Shown here: positions 26,527 to 33,000 of the stretch, one piece after another | Numbering within the stretch: the stretch's first letter is position 1 | Layout of the letters: each line of letters opens with the position of its first letter | NCBI GenBank assembly: GCA_044345055.1 | Contig: JBIJBT010000025.1 | Location: forward strand, 1-33,000 | From: Bdellovibrionota bacterium | GTDB taxonomy: Bacteria > Bdellovibrionota_C > UBA2361 > OMIW01 | Direction of reading: 5' to 3' | DNA length: 33,000 bases | Notes under the pieces: generated by a model | Seen by the model: only the letters and a program-made list of their open reading frames with translations | What the model was told of the DNA's origin: nothing | Databases searched by the model: none | Program-made: the position numbers and the translations under genes

Positions 26527-27558
26527 GTGCGATCTGTATTTATTCATATCGTAACGTTTAATCATGAAGGAACCATTGCAGCCTGCCTTTCATCTTTGCT
26601 GAATCAGGATATCTCTCCATTTGGTGGTTCCGTCACCATTCTTGTGACTGACAACGATTCTACCGATGCTACGCCCTCTGTAGTAGAGCAGTTTGTAGAG
26701 CGGGGTGTGGTACTTAATAGATCGAGGGTAAATCTTGGGTTTGCAGCGGGTCAAAATTGGGGAATAGCCCGTTTTCTCGAATCGAGAGCTGAGCTGTGTG
26801 TGTTGTTAAATCCCGATGTTTCGTTGGAGCCTGGAGCGATTCGTGAACTTGTCGCAGGTATGGATCGGTGGCCTGATTTCGGAGCGGCGACCGGCCTCTT
26901 ATTGAGGAGCGATGAAAACCTTGTTCCGCTAACTCCCGAAAAGATTGATTCCGCTGGGATGATTTTTTCTAGCTCTTTTCGTCATTTCGACCGATTCGCT
27001 TGCCGCGCACCGGCATCTATAGAATTACGGGAGGAGCCGATTGAAGGGGCAACAGGGGCTTTCGTCGCATTTCGCAGAGTGTTCATTGAGAAGGTAGGGC
27101 TTGCTGTTGAAAACAACGAGCCTCTTTATCGGGTTTATCCCGGCCTGCGTGCAGGAGAAGGCTACAGATATCCTCTATTTGATGAGGCTTTCTTTGCATA
27201 TCGTGAAGATGCAGAGCTCTCACTTCGAGCAAAGCTTCTCGGAGAGAAATTTGTTTTTTTGCCACTTTCTCGAGGCTATCATCAGCGCAGAGTAACTCCA
27301 GCTGTTCGATCTATTCTTCCCGCTGAGATTAACAAATTGGGAGTGAGGAATCGTTTCCTCCTTCAGATCGCCGTTTTTTCACTCTACCATCATTGGTGGG
27401 CGGTATTTGGCGGCCTTTTTTTGAGAAATGGTCTAGTCGTTGTTGGTGTACTTTTGAGGGAGAGGTCATCAATATCCGCATTTTGCGAGCTTTTTACTCT
27501 TTTTCCCAGAGCCATTGCTCGGCGGCGAGAGCTTTTTCGGAGAATTAGAGCTAATTGA
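26527..27558 (+). CDS. Family 2 glycosyltransferase (GT2)
   Basis: IVTFN, DNDSTD, NLGFAAGQN, LLNPD, GATGA, FDEAFFAYREDAELSLR. GTG start at 26527 after GGGAG (the ORF track starts at 26497). Confidence 0.9.
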   Translation: MRSVFIHIVTFNHEGTIAACLSSLLNQDISPFGGSVTILVTDNDSTDATPSVVEQFVERGVVLNRSRVNLGFAAGQNWGIARFLESRAELCVLLNPDVSLEPGAIRELVAGMDRWPDFGAATGLLLRSDENLVPLTPEKIDSAGMIFSSSFRHFDRFACRAPASIELREEPIEGATGAFVAFRRVFIEKVGLAVENNEPLYRVYPGLRAGEGYRYPLFDEAFFAYREDAELSLRAKLLGEKFVFLPLSRGYHQRRVTPAVRSILPAEINKLGVRNRFLLQIAVFSLYHHWWAVFGGLFLRNGLVVVGVLLRERSSISAFCELFTLFPRAIARRRELFRRIRAN

Positions 27559-27735
27559 TCTAATTTTTATGGTAGCCATTATTCTGGAAGTTAGTATAGG
27601 CTGGAGGTGTGCTGGATGATGATTATTTGTCCAGTTAGTTTTTTGATAGGTTTATAAAGAAGGTCCCGAATACTTATTCGATGCTGCTGTTAGTTCGTCG
27701 AACTGCTCCAACAACGCTTAGCTAAGGGAATACAG

Positions 27736-28320
27736 ATGGCTCATCCAGCTCCTGCGGATAATTTCTCTGGTCAAGAGATGAATGGCGAAACTTCACCTTC
27801 TTCGACGCCTGCAGATTTTTCGACTCTGAGCATACCATCGAGGATGGGCGGAGTGCCGGATAGGGCACAGACGATTCGTGCTCCTGCAGCATTGATAGCT
27901 GATTTTAAAGAGGTTATTTCAGACGTAAGAACGTCGATTCATGAATTTTTATCTGAACATCTTCGCTCTAGTAGCAGCAGTGAAGCCAAAAATAGCCGAT
28001 TTGGTTTTCTTGCAGCAGAAAGAGGTGAAGTCAGTGTAGCCGAGGTGAGGGAGGCTCTTGAGCGTTCCATGGATTTGTGCGAGTCGATCGCGGGTCACCG
28101 CGGTGATGGAATGCCGGTGTGGGATAATATCCGAGCTCTGTCCAATCAGTTTCAGTTAAATGCTCAAACTGTTCTGATTGAGATGCGTTCTGGAAATGTG
28201 GGTGAAACAATTCCGTCGGGCTCTCTCATTGCTACAATGAGGTTATTTAATCAAATGCAGGGCGTTGCTCGACAAACTGCTATTCAGTTGGATGCCGTAA
28301 CACGAGCCACAATGAGTTAA
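27736..28320 (+). CDS. Hypothetical helical protein (194 aa)
   Basis: ATG with AAGGGA RBS; disordered-looking N-terminus then amphipathic helices; no recognised motif. Confidence 0.7.
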   Translation: MAHPAPADNFSGQEMNGETSPSSTPADFSTLSIPSRMGGVPDRAQTIRAPAALIADFKEVISDVRTSIHEFLSEHLRSSSSSEAKNSRFGFLAAERGEVSVAEVREALERSMDLCESIAGHRGDGMPVWDNIRALSNQFQLNAQTVLIEMRSGNVGETIPSGSLIATMRLFNQMQGVARQTAIQLDAVTRATMS

Positions 28321-28393
28321 TTGGCAATCTGCTGGCGGTCGAAGTGTAAGCTCTGGACCGCTAGCATCAGGCACCAATTGACGACCAAGAACC

Positions 28394-29197
28394 CTACTCC
28401 CTCCCGCAACTTCGTTCGAAGACTGGCGCATGGGCTTTAAATAGCGGGCCGAAAATACCCTCGGATATTTCGGTCAAGACGACGACCCTCAAAGATCCTC
28501 GACCTATCATTAGGGGGGCAAGAAGATTTTGTAGAGTGGCTTGAAGTTCGTCTATTTCCGTCTCTTTTAGCTCGTTTTTGAGATTCTTCGTCACAAGGAA
28601 ACCGACAAGCACTTCATTCGAGGGAGTTTCACTATCCTGCACGAGGCCGACTTCCAATATCCATGCTTTATCAATTTGGGCCCGATTTTCGCAGATCTTT
28701 TGAAGTTCGGCGAAAAGTTGAGGATGTTCCTCGGAAAAGAGGGCATTAGCATCAAGAAGCTCCTCGGTTGGAGTGTCGAATAGCTCGGAAATTACCTCAG
28801 CTATCGCTTCATCTGAGCCGAGTCGAAGAAGTGATAGCTCCCAGGGTGAAAAAGGCTTCTCGACTTCTGAACCGGGATTAAATACAAGCCAACAATTTGG
28901 AGGGATAAGATCGATAAGTCGCAATCCTAGCGAGCGTCTATAAGTGAGAGGTTTGCTGCACCATTCGGTGAGCTGTTCCTCTTTTTCAAAGCAGGGAATA
29001 AAGGTTTCTCCATCAAATTCGTAACAAAAGAAGGGGAAAAAAGGAGAAAAAGGCTCCGGATTGGTTGATTGAATGTTTGGTTGATGACGATCAGGTACTA
29101 TCAGCTCTGTGTCGAGAAATTCCCTCAGAAATTGCTCGCAGGAGCTTCTAATACCTTCAAATGCTTCCTTTGATAGGACAGTAAGAGTTTTTGCCAT
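28394..29197 (-). CDS. SseB-family protein (N- and C-terminal SseB-like domains)
   Basis: FL..FL...LIVP, IPCFEKEEQL..W, WLVFNPGS.VEK.F...EL; C-terminal I.KAWI...VLVGF. Confidence 0.7.
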   Translation of the reverse strand: MAKTLTVLSKEAFEGIRSSCEQFLREFLDTELIVPDRHQPNIQSTNPEPFSPFFPFFCYEFDGETFIPCFEKEEQLTEWCSKPLTYRRSLGLRLIDLIPPNCWLVFNPGSEVEKPFSPWELSLLRLGSDEAIAEVISELFDTPTEELLDANALFSEEHPQLFAELQKICENRAQIDKAWILEVGLVQDSETPSNEVLVGFLVTKNLKNELKETEIDELQATLQNLLAPLMIGRGSLRVVVLTEISEGIFGPLFKAHAPVFERSCGRE

Positions 29198-29261
29198 ATC
29201 TTGGAGTTTCGGAGCTATTGAGCAGCGTGATAATGGGAGGCTTACTCTTAGTTTATTGCTG

Positions 29262-29762
29262 CTATTTCGCTAAAAGCTGGTCAGTTATATCGATAGCATC
29301 GGGTCCAAAAAGAATTGGTCCTCTTTGCCGCTCGCTTTTGGTTACAACCAGATCGAAACCATTTTTCTCAGCATAATTCCTGATTTCCTTAAGAGCGCTG
29401 GCAGTCAGTTCCTGATTAATACGAGACATCTCCCTTCTTAATTCATCCTTGGAGTCCTCCACAAACCTGGCAAAGTCTCGTGTCTTTGACTGGAATGCCG
29501 CATTTTCTCGAGCGTAAGTTTTACTCTCTTTATTCGATTCGAGTCTCGCCTGAATTGTTTTAAGCTCATCTTTTTTAGCTTCAGTCTTTTCTTTTAACGT
29601 TTCTGAGAGAGAGTTAAGTTTTTCGCGCTGATCTTTTGCTGCTTTGGTTTCATTCATTATGCGGGCCAGATCAACGGTCGCGATCTTTAAATCAGCGTAT
29701 GATGGTGAGCCGATTAGAGTGAGAATGGCAATGAGAAGTAATCGTGGGAAAGTCTTTGACAT
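29262..29762 (-). CDS. skp: OmpH/Skp-family periplasmic chaperone
   Basis: Signal peptide, KIATVDLARIM, long coiled coil, YAEKNGFDLVV, DITDQLL. Confidence 0.9.
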   Translation of the reverse strand: MSKTFPRLLLIAILTLIGSPSYADLKIATVDLARIMNETKAAKDQREKLNSLSETLKEKTEAKKDELKTIQARLESNKESKTYARENAAFQSKTRDFARFVEDSKDELRREMSRINQELTASALKEIRNYAEKNGFDLVVTKSERQRGPILFGPDAIDITDQLLAK

Positions 29763-29960
29763 AAGACAGCTCCGATATCGTAATTGTGCGCCTGAGTGAG
29801 AGATTTCGGTCGTTTCTTCTTCAACTCGGTGAACAAAGACGATACTAATCGTTTCATAAACGCTCCAATCACTACTTACAAAGGAACGTAATTCTGGAAG
29901 GTGGTATCGATTCTACTGTTTAAGCGAGGGAACTACGACTGAGACTAAAATCAGAGGCTA

Positions 29961-31430
29961 TCACACCGATGTAAAGGCGACTACCTCTGCCAGGCTAGAA
30001 TCTTTTGAGAGGTGTCTCGAGAGAAGTGCCAATCCTTCCCGAAATATTCTCTCGGCGCCCGGCGGCATATTGCGGGCTCCACCACAATCTGCATAAAGAA
30101 AAACGTGCCCAAAAGAGGATTCAGAGCAGTTTCCGATCCCCCAGGCAATTCCGCCAAAAGGAGAGTCTTTATGGGACGGTAGAAGAGGGTTTGATACCTC
30201 CACGCCCGGTTTCAGAAAATAGTCTAACTCAGGGCAGATAGGAACAGGCAGCGGCAAGGCGGCCAACTCGGCTCCCGGAGGATCAAAGGTTATTGTCGCC
30301 GATTCTTCGTGACGAATAATGATGGCCGTTCGGAAAAATTGATCAGGACGACATAGCCTCTCCGTAATCATTTGGTAGAGGTTTTGCCAACCGTTAATAT
30401 TAAGATTTCCGGGAGGTGACTGAAATACGGGCGCAGAAGGCGCGCGAGTTACCTCTTTTTTGCGCGTATCGACTTCGATCTCACGAGGAGCTGCAGGTAC
30501 GGGGATGGTTTGTAGCGAAGTCGAATTCTTGTTCTCTCTCTCCTGGGGTGCAGGACTGATAGACTCTTCGGATGACCGAGATACGTCAGAATCTGCTGTT
30601 TCAAAGTTATTGAGAAGGTCTACTATTTGAGTAAATACTTTCTCATAGCGAGCGGGGGATATCGAGAGCATTCGGACGGCGGAACGAGCCGGCGGTGGGC
30701 GACCCGGCGCAAAACGGGCTAATCGCTGCTCCATAAATGCATCGATAAACTCGATGGCGGTAAGTACTATTGGACGAGTCGAATTTTGGGAGCCATGATT
30801 CTGAACAGTTGGGCTGATTGCGGAGGTTATCGAGGAAGGGATGCCGCAGCTCTGTAGATAATCAAAGGACCATTCTTCAAGTTCAAAGTCATGATTTATG
30901 TGAAGAAGATACATTAATTGTGCGCGGCCATTTGTGGCGGATAAATTCGTATATGCTTCACCAAGAGTTGCAAGTGCGAACAATTCTCCTGTGTTATAGA
31001 GAAGGCCGGTAAGAAGACACTCCTCAGGGTTCCGTTGACTTGTCTCTGTCGCAAGAATGTGGGCTATCTGAGACGTTGCAACTGCCCGCTTTTTGAGCTG
31101 TTTGAGAGTTTGATGAATGACGGTAAAATTGGGGTATTTTTGGCTTTCAAGCTTATCTATCAATTTAATGATTGCCTGAGAACCGAGACGAATTATAGCG
31201 GTTTTGAGTGAACCCGTGGAGCGCTTGTCTCCTGACGCTTTGATGCTGTTTCCTAATTGAAGAATGTGAAGAGTGAGGGTTGGATCGCCCAAAATAATTG
31301 TTACAAGATCATCAACTCGCAATGTCGTAGCAAGGGCCGCTTTTTTCGCCAGACTGAGAATTCTCCTATCGTGCGGAATCGTGAATTCTGAGCCGTTGAG
31401 TAAATTTGTGGATTCTGTTTCTTCGCTCAT
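29961..31430 (-). CDS. HDOD-domain protein with Pro/Ser-rich linker and possible degenerate GAF-like C-terminus
   Basis: DPTLTLHILQLGNS, SLKTAIIRLG, EECLLTGLLYNTGEL; C-terminal VFLYAD. ATG at 31430 with GGAG RBS (the ORF track starts at 31493). Confidence 0.8.
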   Translation of the reverse strand: MSEETESTNLLNGSEFTIPHDRRILSLAKKAALATTLRVDDLVTIILGDPTLTLHILQLGNSIKASGDKRSTGSLKTAIIRLGSQAIIKLIDKLESQKYPNFTVIHQTLKQLKKRAVATSQIAHILATETSQRNPEECLLTGLLYNTGELFALATLGEAYTNLSATNGRAQLMYLLHINHDFELEEWSFDYLQSCGIPSSITSAISPTVQNHGSQNSTRPIVLTAIEFIDAFMEQRLARFAPGRPPPARSAVRMLSISPARYEKVFTQIVDLLNNFETADSDVSRSSEESISPAPQERENKNSTSLQTIPVPAAPREIEVDTRKKEVTRAPSAPVFQSPPGNLNINGWQNLYQMITERLCRPDQFFRTAIIIRHEESATITFDPPGAELAALPLPVPICPELDYFLKPGVEVSNPLLPSHKDSPFGGIAWGIGNCSESSFGHVFLYADCGGARNMPPGAERIFREGLALLSRHLSKDSSLAEVVAFTSV

Positions 31431-31598
31431 GTAGCTGGTTCTCCGGCCCAGTTTTGGATGGAGGTGTTGATGGAAAAGATCGATCAGCACCAAGCGACTC
31501 TCGTATGCTGTTCAAATTTTCCTCGGTCGCTAAGCTTGATCAAATAAACTGATGGGGGCTCGCGAGACGAGTTTAAATCCTCCTAAATCGCCTCTCTT

Positions 31599-31626
31599 AG
31601 CTCGGATACTTGAGCAAAATGCTTGA
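31599..31626 (-). promoter_or_regulatory. Possible sigma28-like promoter upstream of the second HDOD gene
   Basis: Minus strand TCAA-N16-TCCGAGCT; same CTCAAG -35 as the flgM-like promoter but a weaker -10; 168 bp upstream of the start. Confidence 0.4.
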
Positions 31627-31633
31627 GCATTTT
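31616..31633. promoter_or_regulatory. 8-2-8 inverted repeat, possible operator
   Basis: AAAATGCT-TG-AGCATTTT, overlapping the -35 of the putative sigma28 promoter. Confidence 0.35.
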
Positions 31634-31814
31634 TACTGAGCGTTCGTTTGATAAGAAAACATTCGAGAACGAACGATTGCCTCATTTTCATTTGTTCCAA
31701 TAAGTGCTTTTTTCGTCAGATAGTTTGATAGGGGGTTCAAAAACAAAGTTTCGGTAATTAAGAGTTCAAATACGAAGGGTGGTCAGTTCAATGGTTAAGG
31801 CATTTAGGTATGAA

Positions 31815-32345
31815 TTATTTATTACCCTTTTTGGTTTCGGCGGGAGCACTTGTTTCAGGAGACGCAGCGGGTGTTGGAGTAGGGATATTCAGAGCGTGAC
31901 ATTCGGGTTGGCTTGTATCTGTTGAAAGACAGGTGCCCAAGTCCTTTGAGCACTCCTCTGTTATGGCTGTTTCGATGGTGCGGCGTGTAGTGAAAGAGCC
32001 GTTTTTGAAGGCATCTTGGGCTCGATTGAATTTTTGGGAAACGCAGGTTGAAATCGTCTCGTGCTCCTGTCGACACGAGTTTAGTGCATCTGCCTGGCTC
32101 AGTCGGCTTTTCAGGATAAGTTCTGCTCTTGCAGCTTCTTCTGTCGAACCGTGAGCGAAAACAACGGCGAATATTTCGCCCTTTTGTCCGGTTTCTCCCT
32201 TTTTTTCCCAGTTGTAGCTAACTGTCGATGCGCAGGTTATTTCAGCAAAGCAAGGCGATATCGATAGGCTCGCAAGGATGAGAGAGAAAGTTGAAAGGTA
32301 AAATTTGAAGCGATTGAAGTGATGCAAAAACATTTTTCGAATCAA
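31815..32345 (-). CDS. Hypothetical exported protein with six cysteines and a Pro/Thr-rich tail
   Basis: Signal peptide ending CFA; 6 Cys in the mature part; C-terminal PTPTPAASPETSAPAETKKGNK. Confidence 0.75.
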   Translation of the reverse strand: MIRKMFLHHFNRFKFYLSTFSLILASLSISPCFAEITCASTVSYNWEKKGETGQKGEIFAVVFAHGSTEEAARAELILKSRLSQADALNSCRQEHETISTCVSQKFNRAQDAFKNGSFTTRRTIETAITEECSKDLGTCLSTDTSQPECHALNIPTPTPAASPETSAPAETKKGNK

Positions 32346-32423
32346 TTATCAGGAATATGCTCGTCGAGTGAATAAAGGGTCGTTGCTTGTCGTCAGTGGC
32401 TGTCGTTGTTCAATGTGAGGTGT

Positions 32424-32816
32424 ATGGAAACCGGAAATAGTATGATCACCTTTAGTACAGATGCTGAAAGCGCATACGGAGAAGCGCAAGATGGAGGATT
32501 GCCAGAACGTCGATTGTTGTTGGCGATGTTAGAGCGAGCCATCCTTGACTTCGTGGGTAATGACTCTCGTGAGGTTGAATCGGCAGCGGACTGGCTTTTC
32601 GCAGATTCGGGAAAAGATCTCGATGAGGGGGGCGAGCCATTTTCTTTCGAGTGGGTCTGCGAGGGGCTCGACCTCGATCCGTCAAGGGTCTCCGCGTTCG
32701 TGAGATCGTTACCAAAGAGAGGCGCTCGAAGAGTAGCTCCGTGGTATTTTATGGATCGAGCTCAGGTGCGAGCTGCCACAACAGAGCTGGTGAGGGCGTG
32801 CGGAGGAGTCCGGTAG
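32424..32816 (+). CDS. Conserved-looking hypothetical protein (PERRLLLA...W.F...FSFEWVCE.L.LDP type)
   Basis: ATG at 32424 with GAGG RBS. The motif pattern resembles a small uncharacterised helical family I recall from deltaproteobacteria-like genomes; function unknown. Confidence 0.75.
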   Translation: METGNSMITFSTDAESAYGEAQDGGLPERRLLLAMLERAILDFVGNDSREVESAADWLFADSGKDLDEGGEPFSFEWVCEGLDLDPSRVSAFVRSLPKRGARRVAPWYFMDRAQVRAATTELVRACGGVR

Positions 32817-32886
32817 TCAGTCTCTAATGGGATAAGTAGTGGGTAAGGGGAGGCTGTTCTGGTTAATTTGACAGGATTTCCCTTGG

Positions 32887-33000
32887 CTATCTTGAAAATC
32901 GGGATTGATTCTGGCGAACCTTTACCCGAACGGGTTGGGGTGCGGGAGCTTTGAGGCCGTCCAAGAAATCGAGGAGTAGGTCGCCGAGTTTTTTTAATAA
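32887..33000 (-). CDS. Possible 3' end of a small protein entering from the right edge
   Basis: Open frame from 33000 to a TAG at 32887-32889: LLKKLGDLLLDFLDGLKAPAPQPVRVKVRQNQSRFSR (amphipathic helix plus PxPQPVRV tail). Confidence 0.45.
   Translation of the reverse strand, partial: LLKKLGDLLLDFLDGLKAPAPQPVRVKVRQNQSRFSR

Noticed and set aside
29714..29857. 47-aa minus-strand ORF with a GGAG RBS overlapping the skp start
   Set aside because: Out-of-frame 49-nt overlap with skp and no recognisable features; cannot be supported without expression data.
31777..31812. tRNA-like stretch (cagttcaatggttaagg)
   Set aside because: Resembles a D-arm only; no anticodon arm, T-arm (GTTCGA) or acceptor stem follows.
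856..32715. Remaining short ORFs nested within or antisense to the large genes (for example 856-1176, 5493-5813, 7158-7484, 19084-19551, 23123-23479, 32452-32715)
   Set aside because: They are shadow ORFs of well-supported genes, with no motifs or ribosome-binding sites.

Overview
Gene-dense chromosomal window from a Gram-negative bacterium (TolC, Skp/OmpH, Tat-exported HiPIP); the gene content looks Bdellovibrionota/deltaproteobacteria-like, which is inference only. I found no rRNA, tRNA, CRISPR array, transposase or integrase. The most interesting part is the left end (1-4547). A COG0523/CobW-family metallochaperone GTPase with an extra ~130-aa internal domain and a coupled WD40 gene are transcribed divergently from two uncharacterised genes. 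One of these is missing from the ORF track (805 to the window edge, minus strand) and encodes two 62-aa repeats, each carrying HGFGCNCQxC, followed by a Ser/Ala/Thr/Pro repeat region. The intergenic DNA holds two ACGCAAC-N3-GTTGC(A/G)T boxes (Zur-like), one of which is the centre of a perfect 27+1+27 bp palindrome. The rest of the window contains an ABC/HlyD/TolC exporter followed by Nudix and hexapeptide acyltransferase genes, an orphan FlgM-like gene and two degenerate HDOD genes that share sigma28-like promoters, an orphan VirB2/TrbC-like pilin, rmlC-like and sua5/tsaC genes, a HiPIP, a cluster of three large GT-C-like membrane proteins (two DUF2298/Chlor_Arch_YYY type) with a VKOR-DsbA fusion and a GT2, SseB, Skp, and several hypothetical proteins. 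All family calls come from reading motifs by eye; no database searches were run.
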